From Octopus vulgaris (taxonomy: Eukaryota), in NCBI GenBank assembly GCA_951406725.2, contig OX597841.1, forward strand, positions 13,392,001 through 13,456,000: a stretch of 64,000 nt of DNA. The letters are read 5' to 3'. A program made the position numbers and the translations under genes. This document shows positions 49,298-63,060 of the stretch, in pieces (position 1 is the first letter of the stretch; each line of letters begins with the position of its first letter). The notes under the pieces are model-generated. The model worked only from the letters and a program-made list of their open reading frames with translations, ran no database searches and was not told the origin of the DNA.

Positions 49298-50009
49298 ATC
49301 AAAAATGCTTGTGTGTGTGTGTGTCCGTGTGAATCATCATCATAGCCATTATCTCTTTGTTTCCCATCAGGTAAGTTGTGGGGCCACATCAGACCCCAAT
49401 GCCTGCTTCGGCCTGGTTTCAATGCTTCTTGTACCCCAACCAGAATTGTTAATACATTGGACACAATGTTTAGTGGCATTTCTTTTGATTCTGTACCTCC
49501 ATCTGGTGGGCAAGGATGCTTTGCAGGGCTATGGGTCACCATTGGCCGGATTTTGTGTCCAGTCAACAACTCTACTAAGAAACGGGGGGGGGGGGATGTG
49601 AACTGTTACTGGTGGGATTCAAGACCACCAGCTCACTATGTTTGACCATGTTAGTCAATTTTACAAGTTAGATCCTGTTTGCTGTGCTTTTTTCAATGAG
49701 AATTCAGCAGGATTGAGGGCTTGTGTTGGTCGACTGCACACCACCCGTTCATGGCTTTCAGAAGATGCTGTAGCGCAACCAATTTCTATTCTGACATATT
49801 GAATACATTAAACTGATATTGGCTCAGCGCATCAATCTGTGATGATTGCTCATCTTAGCTATTGAGTTGTAAACATTGGGTGAGTCCTGTGCTACGAGTG
49901 GTTAAATATTGTGCAGGATTTGGTTCAACACAAATTTTGAACCTAGGTTCTCAGTTTTAAGGTATTTTTCAATGTTGTTGATATTATTATTATTATTATC
50001 ATTATTATT

Positions 50010-50520
50010 ATTGAGTGAGAGAGCAGTTCATGCCATCAAAGTGACACTGGGGTACAAATATACAAAGCCTAGTATACCCATCATGACTACCCGTCTGATA
50101 AGGGTACACCAGGCACATGCATCACAACCATATGTGCGCAACATGGTGATCTCATATCAAGATAAACAGCACATGACCTTGCAGGTTGGGCCCAGTTAGA
50201 ATTTTCTTCTGGTCGAGTAACCCATCCCGTTCAGAAGGTCCCTGAATAAGGGTTGTTTAAAGGATGTTGAACGAAACACCCATGTTTCCAGAGGTGAATT
50301 ATTCAAACCTCCAAGAATCCCTCTCAACACATGGCTATGATGCTCCCCCACTACTTCTGCTCGTAATCAGAGATGCACATATCGTCAGCCACCGAGGGAC
50401 ATGGTCAAATGCTTAAGGTCAAACATCTGACAAACAAATCTGTGGTTTTGAGCAGAATATTTGCTGTAGGCCATCTTTTATACCAAGACAAAACAATGTA
50501 CATGATAACACTTCCAATCT
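50010..50520. mobile_element. ~510-bp unclassified insertion bounded by (ATT)n on both sides
   Basis: Complex sequence sharply bounded by ATT runs; arrangement like a TAA-targeting retroelement 3' end, but no protein motif recognised. Confidence 0.4.
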
Positions 50521-50559
50521 TATTATTATTATTATTATTATTATTAATAATATTAATAT

Positions 50560-50740
50560 TATTCAGTTCTATATTTAAGAGATGAGGAATTATGTGCATT
50601 ATTTACATTTGACGGATATTTGTCCTCATCTTGTTTGTTGTTAACAACGCTTTGGCTGATATACCCTCCAGCCTTCTTCAGGTGTCTTGGGGAAATTTCA
50701 AACCTGGGTTCTCATTCCTAAGGTATTTTTTGATGTTGTT
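50560..50740 (-). mobile_element. Penelope-like LTR remnant with a degenerate hammerhead
   Basis: Minus strand: acac CTGAAGA a GGCTG-gagggtatat-CAGCC aaag cgtt gt. 50692-50740 is partly repeated at 49932-49985. Confidence 0.6.
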
Positions 50741-51651
50741 GTTGTCTGTTGTTCTTCTGTGACCATTCCGATGTCTGACGTACAAACATCATCAGTTTGA
50801 TGGAGGGAGGGAACTTATGAGCAAAACAAACTTTTTAATCTCTGTAAACAAAGAAACTGTGGGAATCCCTGTCTATCATTTAATGATAGGTGAATTCACG
50901 ATAATGTATGCCTGTGTGTGTGGCAGGGGGTGGGGTGACGAGTTGGCTGAATCGTTAGCATGCCAGACAAAAAGTGTAGCGAAATTTCAAACATATTTGT
51001 TCCGAGTTCAAATTCTGCCGAGGTGGACTTTGCCTTTCATTCTTTTGAGGTCAATAAAGTACCAGTCAGACATTGGGGGTTGATGTAATCGGCTTACCCC
51101 CCCTCCTCCATGCTTGCTGGCCTTGGGTCCAAACTTGAAATCAATGTGTGTGTGTGTGCGCATGTGCATATATATATATGTGTGAATGTAGATGTGCATG
51201 TATGTGTATATACATGTTTGTGTGTGTGTATATGTTTGCATGTGTATATGTGCTCATGTATGTACACATACTTATTGTGTGCTTGTGTGTGTGTATATGT
51301 ATGTATATATATGTATACAAATATTTGTATGTACATATGTATGTATATATATGTACATAGGTATGTATATATATATATGTGTGTGTGTATGTATATGTAT
51401 GTATATACATATATATATATGCATAGGTATGTATATATATATATGTGTGTGTATGTATATGTATGTAAATACATACATATATATATATACACACGCATAC
51501 ATGGCTATATGTATGTATGTATGTATATACATACATATATATATATACACACGCATACATGCCTATATGTATGTATATATACATACATGTTATAATACAC
51601 AAAGTAATTATGTCTATGCCCAAGCCAGTTACACCCCACTTCACCCAGAAG

Positions 51652-51685
<34 letters not shown>

Positions 51686-52037
51686 CAACATATTTACACA
51701 ATGAAAGACACACTGTGCTCTCCCACACAAAAAGGTCAGTGTCTGCCTGGACATTCATACACAAGAGGACCATTCTGTATAGAGATGTGTGGGTATATAC
51801 ACTCACGGGGTATAAAGTCACTTTGTGCACACAGATAAACACTCCACAAAGTCACTTGATATACACATACATATACACACACATGCTATGACCAGACATA
51901 TATGAGTTCATACATACATACAGTGTAAAGTGATTTGTCTTATACACACACACACACATACTGTATCATCACTTGCTGTTTATACACTTAGTGTAAAGTT
52001 AATTGCTATATACACACTGACTGTGTAGAATCACTTG

Positions 52038-52085
<48 letters not shown>

Positions 52086-52369
52086 CTATATATATATACA
52101 TACACACACACACACATATATATATGTGTGTGTGTGTGCATGTGTGTATATTGGCACAGTAATGGCTATGTGGTTAAGAAGTTTGCTTCCGGACCACATG
52201 GTTCTGGGTTCAGTCCCACTGTGTGACCCCTTGGACAAGTCTCTTCTACTTCAGCCCTAGTCTAAGCAGGTATATTAGTCAGAAACTGAAGGAAGCCCGT
52301 AACATATGTAAACATGTTTGTCATCATCGTCATCATTGTTTGATGTCCTCTTTCCATGCTGCTGGAGAC

Positions 52370-52490
52370 TTGGGGAGCTTTTAGGTATTTTAGCTCAATA
52401 AACACTCACAAAGCCCGGTCTGGGATTTGAAACCGCAATCCTACGACCGCGAGTCCGCTGCCCTAACCACTGGACCATTGCTCCTCCACA
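52370..52490 (-). mobile_element. tRNA-derived SINE head, family E (also 59660-59865)
   Basis: Minus strand: aatggtccagtggttagggcagcggactcgcggtcgtaggattgcggtttcaaatccc; homologous to 59760-59865. Confidence 0.7.
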
Positions 52491-52743
52491 TAAATATATT
52501 CAGCATAAGATTGCTATTTTTTATGTATACACTGTATGAAGTAGTGTAGTAAGTCAGTCGCTGTATACACACTCTCATTAACACACACACACACACACAA
52601 TCATTTGCTACACACTCCTACATACATTTATTCACATTCATACATAAAACTCACTAACCACACACACACACACACCAGTAATTTGCTAGATGCTCACACA
52701 CACACACACACACACACACAATCATTTACTCTTTTGTAACATT

Positions 52744-52788
<45 letters not shown>

Positions 52789-53322
52789 GCAATCCATTCC
52801 TTGACCTCCCCCACCGTCGCCCTGCCCCTCCCCCCCCTCATTACAGCTGCTCCTGCTGTTGTTTCTTCTGCTCTGCCAGTAGCTAAGACTCGTGTTTCCC
52901 ACACACACACACATACACACATACACACAGTAGTCTGTTTGAGATCCAGGCTAGACCTCCTCTCCCCTCTCTCTCTCTCTCCCTCGCACCTCCTCCTCCT
53001 CCTCCCCTTTCTCTTCTTTCTCTTTCTATCTCTCCCCCTCCCTCCCTCTCTCTCTCTCTTTCTCTCTCTCATTGGTTGCTGGATTCCGACGCTGCTGGTT
53101 TTTCTTTCATCAACAGACCAGCCTCTTACAGCGGTAGATGGCTCGAGGTACAGGCCAACTGTCGGGTACCCCCACAGTACCAGTGGCAACACCAGGGGTG
53201 TCTGCAGGCTCTCTGCAAAGCTCAATCGTCTCTCCACACACACACACACACATACACACACACACACGTGCACGCACACACAAGACTATCCCATCCATCC
53301 ATCCCCCTCTTACTCACACACA

Positions 53323-53355
<33 letters not shown>

Positions 53356-54672
53356 CCTCTACCATCCATACCACTCTCTGGATGCAGATAATGAATATAT
53401 TGTCGATGATGATGATGATGATGGTCAACAGCAGCAGCAGAAGCAGCAGCAGCATCTCTGGACATCGATGTAATTCTGCGAAGAAGCCCACCAAGCTCAC
53501 CACCACCGCCATGACCACCACCACTGACATCATGTCCTGCTTGTTCTACAAATGTATGCCGGACTCCTATAGTAACTGTAGTGGTAGCAGTAGTATTATT
53601 GCTACTACTACTACTATTATTATTACACTGAATAACTATGCTGATGATGATGATGATTGTAAAGATGGCTAAAGACGCTGATAGGATTGTCGGGCGATCG
53701 ACCGCCTCAGCGCCATGCAACTCTTGGAATTGCCATGTCCTGGTAATCGTGTTACTCTGTGGATGCTGTCAGTGGTAGCGATGGTGATGATGGTTGATAT
53801 CATCTCTGATATCATCATCATCATCATCATCAGGATGGTCTCTGCGTGGTTGTGCGACTTACTAGAAATACCAGCCAGATCTCCTGCAAACCAGGCGCCG
53901 TTGTCTTTCGGAAAGACAGGAATGGGAAGGATGCACATTGGAGAGTGTACTCCTAGATAACCATGTTTGCATACACATGGTGCATGCATGCACCGGAGAA
54001 GAAAACGGAGATGCAAAAAGAAACGGATAAAGGCGGGATGGTCGCCGTTGGAACATCTGTGGCCATAGATTGGCTCGACTGGGGCCAATTCCTTGCGAAA
54101 ATACAACAGAATCGGTTGCGCATCTCGCTGTCGCGCCACTGCGTCGCTCCACTGCGTCGCTCCACTCGGAACACACAACTTGTCTCTTTCTCCTTACTCT
54201 GTCTCTCTCACTTTCTCTCTCGCTGTGTCCCATGACCACCACCACATATTATACAACTATGTCTCCCATTGATGAGAATCGTGATGATTGTGATGGTCAC
54301 CACCACCATCATCATCATCATTTCCAAATAGATCTTTGTGGATATCCAGTATTCCTGGTAAGTTTTTTTTTTATTAGTTTCCCTTGTTTAGTTTTCTTTT
54401 TGTTTATTTTTTTCTTTTTAATGATCCTATTAAGCTGTTGTTGTTGTTATCCATTTCATCTCTCTTTCTCTCTTTCTGTTAGTCCCCAATTAGCAATCCA
54501 TCAATATATCTGTCTTCCTATCTATCTGTCTACCTCTTTGTCTATCAATCTGCCTTTCTATAAATCTATTGCCCTATCTACACACATACACACACACACT
54601 CATACATCAACTTTTGTGTATACATACACACATACATACATATATACATGTATGTTTAATATATACATTTTC

Positions 54673-54875
54673 TAAGGTGGCGAGCTGGCAGAAACGTTAG
54701 CACACTGGGCGAAATGCTAAGTGGTATTTCGTCTGTCTTTACGTTCTGAGTTCAAATTCCGCCGAGGTTGACTTTGCCTTTCATTCTTTCGGGGGTCGAT
54801 AAATTAATTACCAGTTTCCTACTGGGGTCAATCTAATCGACTGGCCCCTTCCCTTAAAATTTCAGGCCTTGTTCC
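54673..54875 (+). mobile_element. Family B SINE
   Basis: taaggtggcgagctggcagaa...aaaatttcaggccttgt. Confidence 0.85.
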
Positions 54876-54896
54876 TACATATATATTGATCACTCA

Positions 54897-54938
<42 letters not shown>

Positions 54939-55029
54939 TATATATATACATATACAATCCACTTATTTCTTTATATAACTCTCTCTCTCTGTATTTATAT
55001 GCCTAATTCTATGCACATATATCTGTCTG

Positions 55030-55493
55030 TGTGTTGTTTCAGTCATTAAACTGTGGCCATGCAGGAGCACCAACTCGAAGCATGCTTTTTTTTTCTTTTT
55101 TGTTGAATCGACCCCTGTACTTATTTTATGTTTAAGCATGGGACCACTTTTGCTGAACCCCTAATTTATGGGGGTGTAAACACATGGACACCAGTTGCCA
55201 CATGCGCAGATACAAACACACACACACACAAATAATATATATATATATATATGATGGGCTTCTTTCAGTTTCCATCTACCAAATCCACTCACAAGGCTTT
55301 GCTCAGCTCAAGGCTGTAGTAGAAGACACTTGCCCAAGGTGGCAAGCACTGGGACTGAACCTGGAACCATGTGGTTGGGAAGCAAGCTTCTTACCACACA
55401 GCCGCTCCTGCACCTATATATACATATGCATATATATGTATATATGTATGTGTTTGTGAATATTTTTCCTGTTTCTGTGTTCATATATTGGCC

Positions 55494-55538
<45 letters not shown>

Positions 55539-55881
55539 CCTCTTATAAGCTAGTGAGAGGGAGTGGGCCGGTATCCCTGAATTTTGCTGGTCTTCAGAGA
55601 CTGTTGGAGTTGCTCCATAAATATTCAGTTTGAAAATGTAGAGTTTGGTGTGGGGGGGGGGGAGGTTGAGTGAAGGAATCTTATCTTGGACAGAATGGGA
55701 ATTCCAGAAGACCAGTGTGGGGGTGGGGGAGATGATGGGGTAGCATATACTATCCCTCTGTCTCTCTCTCTCTCTCCATTCTGTCTATCCATCCTTCTAC
55801 CTGTCCGTCTCTCTATCTCAATGTATTTATGTATTTATATACCTAAACTTGTGTTTATATGTGTAAATAGATGTGTGTGTG

Positions 55882-55914
<33 letters not shown>

Positions 55915-56310
55915 TTATATATGTGTGTGTATATGTATATATGTGTGCGTGTGAGTGTGTATATATTGTACTTGTTTAAGTCTTTGGACTGCGGCCATGC
56001 TGGGGCACCGCCTCGAATTTAATTGCACTAATCAACCCTAGTAAAGCCCAACATTTATTATTCTATCAGTCTCTTTTGCCAAACCGCTAAGTTACAGAGG
56101 AATAAGCAAACACACAATGGTTGTCTAGTGGTGATGGCAAAGACAGACACACAGGCTTCTTTTAGTTTCCATCTACCAAATCCAATCACAATGTTCTGGT
56201 CTTCCTGGGGCTATAGTAGACGCTTGCCTAAGGTGCCGTGCAGTGAGACAGAACCCAAGACCCCTTGATTATGAAGCAAGCTTCTTACATTGCAGCCATG
56301 CCTGCACCTT
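55030..56310 (-). mobile_element. Two older family A SINEs (55030-55415, 55965-56310)
   Basis: Reverse-complement motifs, diverged. Confidence 0.75.
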
Positions 56311-56354
56311 TAAATACACACACACACACACACACAAAGATATACCTATGTATA

Positions 56355-56642
56355 AAGTCTGTTTCCAAGCTGTCGGCCCATGAGACCCAGGTTTAGCTTA
56401 TCCCAGTTTTCCCTGGTGTGTAAGTCCCTGGGGGCAGGAGGGTACAGGATCCCCATTCTGATCTGGATACTGACCTCCTTGTAGAGATAAACCCCAAACC
56501 GACCCGGGTACTCGTTTTCAGCAGAGCGAAGTAACACACAAGAGCGGAGTGTCCTGCTCAAGGAAGTGGTGTGCTGCCTCAGCCAGAGATTGAACCTGCA
56601 ATGTTGCGGTTATGAGGCCAATACACGAACCACTTGACCATA
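56355..56642 (-). mobile_element. tRNA-derived SINE of a further family (CORE-like ccttgagcaggacact)
   Basis: Minus strand: atggtcaagtggtt...ggttcaatctc (A/B-box-like) followed by ccttgagcaggacact. Confidence 0.6.
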
Positions 56643-57085
56643 GGCTCTTTCTCCCATTCCCTCTCTCTCTTGTGTGTATATGTCTGAAAGTGTGTATAAA
56701 TGTAATTGCCTATGTTCATATATGGGTTCATAATTACATATATACCATATTTTAACCCTTTTTTGTCAAACATTAGCTTTAAAAAATATGGGAATTTCTT
56801 ATATGCAGATAGTATTGTAAACCCTTACAAAACCTTTTTCCCAAATTTCAAGCCCCCAAAATAGAGTTACCCAAAGTTTTGCACCCACAAAGCCAAAGCC
56901 TTGTGGACAGCTCATGAGACTCTCTCTCTCTCGATATATATATATATTTGCTCTTTCTTGTGTGTATGTGTGTGTTTGCATATATATGTATATATATATG
57001 TACACATACATGCATGTACATATTCATATATACATACATGGAAATACGTGTGTGTATGTATATATTATACTTTTACTTTTTATAT

Positions 57086-57156
<71 letters not shown>

Positions 57157-57288
57157 CACATACATTATGTCCTATGCATATATATATATATATATATATT
57201 CACACACACAAACATACTCATATGCACAAACTAGTATGTGTGTATATTTATTCACTTATAACAGAACAATGGCACTCTTGTGTAGGTC

Positions 57289-57345
<57 letters not shown>

Positions 57346-57396
57346 ATAATTATGTATATATATATATCTATAATTATGTATATATATATATCTATA

Positions 57397-57428
<32 letters not shown>

Positions 57429-57502
57429 TGTGTGTGTGTGTGTAAATCCACACACGCACTCCACTTCTCACAGTTGTTAGTGTGTGTGTACTTAGCAATC
57501 TA

Positions 57503-57545
<43 letters not shown>

Positions 57546-58613
57546 CCACCATAATTTCTGCCTCTCTCATTTTCCTTCCAATGCTCTCACCCCTCCCCTC
57601 GCCTTCTTCTCTACTGTCACCCCCACCTCCTCCCACTCTCTCTCTCTCTCTCTCTGCCTCCTCTCACTCATCTTGCACTTCCGATGTCTCTATTCTTACT
57701 CCTCTCTCTCTATTTAGTTCTCTATCTTTCTCTCATTCTCTTTCCTCTCTCCATTTCTTTCACTCTTTCCTCTCCCCCTCCCTCTCTCTCTCTCTCCCTC
57801 TGTTTCCTCATCTTTCTCTCTCTCCTCTCTCTGCTCTCTCCCTCCATCTTCTCCCCCACAATCTCTCTCCTGCAACAGTACACAGCCCCACATAAAACAG
57901 CAGTTTTTATGCCCACACACACATACACACACGTACACACACACACATTGATACACTGGAAATTAGCATTTAGACTACCACGCACTGCAACCGCCACTAC
58001 CACCACCACCACCACATACCATTGCAGCGACACCACCACCGCCCCCATCACCACCACTTCTACATAATTATATTGACTTTAATTAAGATGTTTTTCTAAT
58101 TTAGCAAATGACTTCCACATCAATCCGCCACTGCCCCCCCCACTCCACTCGCGCCCACCGCACCCCCCTCTGTCTCCACCACCGCCACCACCAACCTTCC
58201 ATCAGACCCCCACCATCACCACCAACAACACTGTTACCCTTTAATGGCACCCTTCGCTGCTGCTGCCGCCGTCGCCATCGACGACAGTTCCCACTTTGAC
58301 ACCCCAAAATCCCACCACTGCTGCCTGTTGCCCCCTCCCCCTCACACCGCCCCTCCACCACCACCACCACAGCCACCTCGTCCCCTCCCTGCCTTGTTTA
58401 GTGGACTGGCCACTTGTTGGTCAAGTGTCGTTTCCTCACTTTGGACAGGAAACACCCTCATCCCACCCACCCCACCCACCCGCACACATGCATACAGGAG
58501 ACATCACGTACACGTACACACACACACATGCTCGTGCACACTCATGCAAGTGTGCACACACAACTCACGCTCGCACATATAGCAACTTACATTTGCATAG
58601 TGTCACATACATG

Positions 58614-58644
<31 letters not shown>

Positions 58645-58982
58645 GTATACTGTTTTAGAAGCAAACACCCACACACGCATGCATACACACACACACACAC
58701 ACACACACTGATAAATGGAGACACATACTGACACACCACACACATACACGTATATTCACGCACACATGCGTAGATACTTGTATACACGATACCTCACACA
58801 ACCACATACTGTCTGGCATAATCTGCACGTATGCACTCGCGCTACTCCTCCTCCCCTTTATCGTCATTGTATGTCCGTTGTCCATGCAGGCTCGGGTTGG
58901 ACGGTTTGACAAGAACTGTTAGGGTCATGGGCCACACCAGGGTACAACTGTCTATAGTGATATTGTTTCTACGGTTGACTCT

Positions 58983-59287
58983 ACATGTGGCATTGCGACA
59001 GGTGCCCTACATGTGGAATCGGGATAGGTGCTCCACAAGTGGGATCAGGATAGGTGCTTCACATGTGGCATCAGGACAGGTGCCCTGCATGTTGATATCG
59101 GGACAGGTGCCCTGCATGTGGCATCGGGACAGGTGCCCTGCATGTGGCATCGGGACAGGTGCCCTGCCTGTAGCATCAGGACAGGTGCCCAGCATGTGGC
59201 ATCGGGACAGGTGCTCCCGGATGTGGCGTCGGAATAGATACTCCACATGTGACACTGGCACAGGTTCTTTATACTTGGCACTGGCAC
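58983..59287. repeat. 26-bp minisatellite (catgtggcatcgggacaggtgccctg), ~11 copies, inside a decayed family C element
   Basis: Direct periodicity; family C tail at 58860-58980. Confidence 0.9.
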
Positions 59288-60296
59288 AAACATGTCTGAC
59301 CAGCATTTACATGCCTACCTCACATGCACAAATGCAATTGTCAGCATCATCAATTTAGCATCCCCTTTTCCATGCTGACACAGGTCGGACAGTGTAGCTG
59401 AGGCAGCTGGATGCTCTTCCTGCCACCAACCCTCTCTCATTTCCATGCTGGGTGACATTTCCTCATGGCCAGACAAATTTCCTTTTTTGTTTTTCCCAGA
59501 ATATTGGAAATGAATGACATTTGCAACAATGACATAAGGTCAAGACCAAGAAACACACACGACGGGCTTCTTTCAGTTTCCGTTTCTCTACCAGATCCAC
59601 TCACAAGGTTTTTGGTTGGCCAAAAGCTAGAAAAGAAGACACTCAGGTGTCACACGATACAGGTGTAAGAGAAACAGGAAGAGTGAGTGAGAGAAAGTTG
59701 TGGTGAAAGAGTACAGCAGGGTTCGCCACCACCCCCTGCCAGAGCCTCGTGGGGCTTTAGGTGTTTTCGCTCAATAAACACTCACAACGCCCAGTCTGGT
59801 AATCAAAACCACAATCCCACGACCACAAGTTTGGTGCCTTAACCACTGGGCCATTGCACCTCCACAATATTCAGTAATTACTATGACATAATCATTTCTC
59901 TTTTCCATGTCTCCCATCATGTTAAATGGTTTGTCTTTCATATGTTGTTGAAACAACTGTAATCCATGGAATAAATGTGATACTAACAGCTCTGTTGGCA
60001 TCCCATTTATTATATATCTTATGTTGGGAGGGTCATTATGCCAGTAGTAATAAACACACACACTGGTTCAATATCACTTCTTTATTGTTAGTCAATTGGT
60101 TAAATGGCTAACCAATTAAAAAATCCATTGTTTGTTTAATTGGTTGTTTGTTCAGGTTTAAACAATCAATTGGTTGTCAGTCAAAGTTCTATTGTTGCAA
60201 CCTTTTCAGCTGCTTAGTTGCTCTCATCTCTCTTTATCTCTCCAAGGTCTGCTCTGACTTTGTCTGAGAATTGGTCTTATGCCTGTCTCGGTCACC

Positions 60297-61004
60297 AGAG
60301 CGTCAGGTTGTAATCATGAAGTTGTGAGCTCGAATCCCGGACCGGGCTGTGTGTTGTGTTCTTGAGCAAGGCACTTTATTTCACGTTGCTCCAGTTCACT
60401 CAGCTGTAGAAATGAGTTGCAATGTCAAAGGTGCCAAGCTGTATCAGCCTCTTTGCCATTCCCCTGGATAACATTGGTGGCGTGGAGAGGGTGAGGCTGG
60501 TATGCAAAAGTGACTAATAGAATAAGTACTGCTGGGGTCAGTTCATTCAACTAAGGTTCTTTAAAACTGTGCCCCACTATGACTGCTGTCTAATGACTGA
60601 AACCAGCAAAAGATAAATATATATATAGGCACAGGTGTGGGTGTGTGGTAAGAAGCTTGCTTCTCAACCACATGGTTCTGGGTTCAGTCCCACTACGTGG
60701 CACCTTGGGCAAGTGTCTTCTACTACAGCCTCAGCCCGACCAAAGTCTTGTGAGTAGATTTGGTAGACAGAAACTGAAAGAAGCCATCATATATATATGT
60801 GTGTGCGTGTGTGTGTTTGTCCCCCCTTACCCACCATCGCTTGACAACCGATGCTGACGTGTTTATGTCCCCGTAACTTAGCGGTTCATCAAAAGAAATT
60901 GATAGAATAAGTACTAAGCTTACAAAAGAAATCCTGGGGTTGATTCATTCGACTAAAGGCAGTGCTCCAGCATGGCCGGAGTCAAATGACTGAAACAAGT
61001 AAAC

Positions 61005-61005
<1 letters not shown>
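60297..61005 (+). mobile_element. Family D SINE (60297-60500) followed by a family A SINE (60625-61005)
   Basis: Motif matches. Confidence 0.8.
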
Positions 61006-61056
<51 letters not shown>

Positions 61057-61400
61057 ATATATATATACATATATATGTGTGTGTGTGTATATATATATAC
61101 ATATATATGTGTGTGTGTGTATATATATATACATATATATGTGTGTGTGTGTATATATATATACATATATATGTGTGTGTGTGTATATATATATATACAT
61201 ATATATGTGTGTGTGTGTATATATATATATATACATATATGTGTGTGTGTGTATATATATATATACATATATATGTGTGTGTGTGTATATATATATATAC
61301 ACATATATGTGTGTGTGTGTATATATATATATACACATATATGTGTGTGTGTGTATATATATATATACATATATATGTGTGTGTGTGTGTGTATATATAT
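61005..61400. repeat. Higher-order ~30-34 bp repeat of (TG)n(TA)nCA(TA)n
   Basis: About 11 regular units visible. Confidence 0.9.
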
Positions 61401-61717
61401 ACTGATTTGATGGCTATCTGTTGCATAGATGAAGACAGATCAATATGAAGTATGACACAAATCAAGAGATAAAAAAAAGTCTGTCTGAGCAGCATGCGAA
61501 GAGAGTATTGATGCAGGAAAGTTCACTGATGCTCAACAGGATGCAAATCCACAATTATCCCATTTTATATGAGAGTGTAGGCATGGCGTAATAGAATAAT
61601 AAAACAGCCTAATGGCTTTTATGATATTTCTACGAATGCTTCATTGAAAGAATCTTATTGTGATGTAACTGTATACAACAACTTGTATTTTTATGCAGAA
61701 AATTCATAAGAATTCAT

Positions 61718-62112
61718 AAGCGCAGGAGTGGCTGTGTGGTAAGTAGCTTGCTTACCAACCACATGGTTCCGGGTTCAGTCCCACTGTGTGGCACCTTGGG
61801 CAAGTGTCTTCTACTATAACCTTGTGAGTGGATTTGTTAGAGGAAAACTGAAAGAAGCCCGTCGTATATATGTATGTATATATATATGTGTGTGTATATT
61901 TGTGTGTCTGTGTTTGTCCCCCTATCATTGCTTGACAACTGATGCTTGTGTGTTTATGTCCCTGTAACTTAGCGGTTCAGCAAAAGAAACCGATAGAATA
62001 AGTACTGGGCTTACAAAGAATAAGTCCCGGGGTCGAGTTGCTCGATTAAAGGTGGTGCCCCAGCATGGCCGCAGTCAAATGACTGAAACAAGTAAAAGAG
62101 TAAAAAGAGTAA
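61718..62112 (+). mobile_element. Family A SINE
   Basis: Consensus motifs with a small internal deletion. Confidence 0.88.
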
Positions 62113-62509
62113 GAATATTCAATTTGTTGCGTCATGTGTCTCTCTGATCATCAGGCTATACCATAACCAAGACTCAAATATTAATATGTAGCAGCATTGA
62201 AGATGTATTTTATGATCTCCATTGTTGCAACATATCAATATTTGACACGTAGTTTTAGTATAACTGGATGACTTTGGAGAAATACGATGTAGCGTTCTTA
62301 TGAATATTGCATGTTAATATACACCCCCTTGTGTATTACGTTGCAATAAAGTCTCTCAAACAATTGTCGACGTATCATACAATCCGTTTATTTGTTTCAT
62401 CTCGCACAGATGCACACAGATATAATGGTAAGTGTGCATGGAGGTGAAGCAAGTGCACAATATTGAAACATTTATAGAAAATTAATCTATTTATTGAGGT
62501 ACCAGATGG

Positions 62510-62780
62510 TAAAAGATGGGATGGTCATGGTTGGAACATCTTTGATCCTAGGTCTGTTGCATCAGGGCTGACCTAAGGCTAAACAACAAGGAGGGACACA
62601 TTAAATGATGTAGCCCCAGATAAACTATGTCTGAATAAAAGATGGGATGGTCATGGTTGGAACATCTTTGATCCTAGACCTGTTGGATCAGGGTTGACCT
62701 AAGGTTAAACAACAAGGAGGGACACATTAAATCATGTAGCCCCAGATAGACTATGTCTGAATAAAAGGTGGGGTGCTCAT
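62510..62780. repeat. Two tandem copies of a ~126-bp dispersed repeat unit
   Basis: aaaagatgggatggtcatggttggaacatctttgatcctag at ~62511 and ~62637; relatives at 13000-13230(-), 13905-14150(-), 16695-16800 and 17340-18000. Confidence 0.85.
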
Positions 62781-63060
62781 GGTGAGAGCATGTCAATTAT
62801 GTTCCAAACACTAGTTGAATAATGAGTTATTTTTTCTGCATTCTTCGTTATTTCCAAAACTGACTGAAACAAAGAATCATGGAAACAAAAGAGCTAAAAG
62901 CCAGCTGTCACCCACCAGTTTGCTTTGGTTACGTCTGCACTCGTCTGAACACATACACTTGATCGTGTAGATTCATAGTTGTAATTCCAAAAATATTTTG
63001 TCTGTCATTTTATTGCATATACACGTGTGTGTATGTGTGGCCATTTATGTTTGTGTAAGT

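Noticed and set aside
53100-53154. Acceptor-donor pair defining a ~31-nt microexon
   Set aside because: Not frame-preserving, weak donor (gtacag), no recognisable peptide.
60222-60257. Strong acceptor (ctctttatctctccaag|GT) as the next talin exon or a ratchet point
   Set aside because: Phase-1 reading gives G-L-L-stop, and gtctgc is a poor donor.
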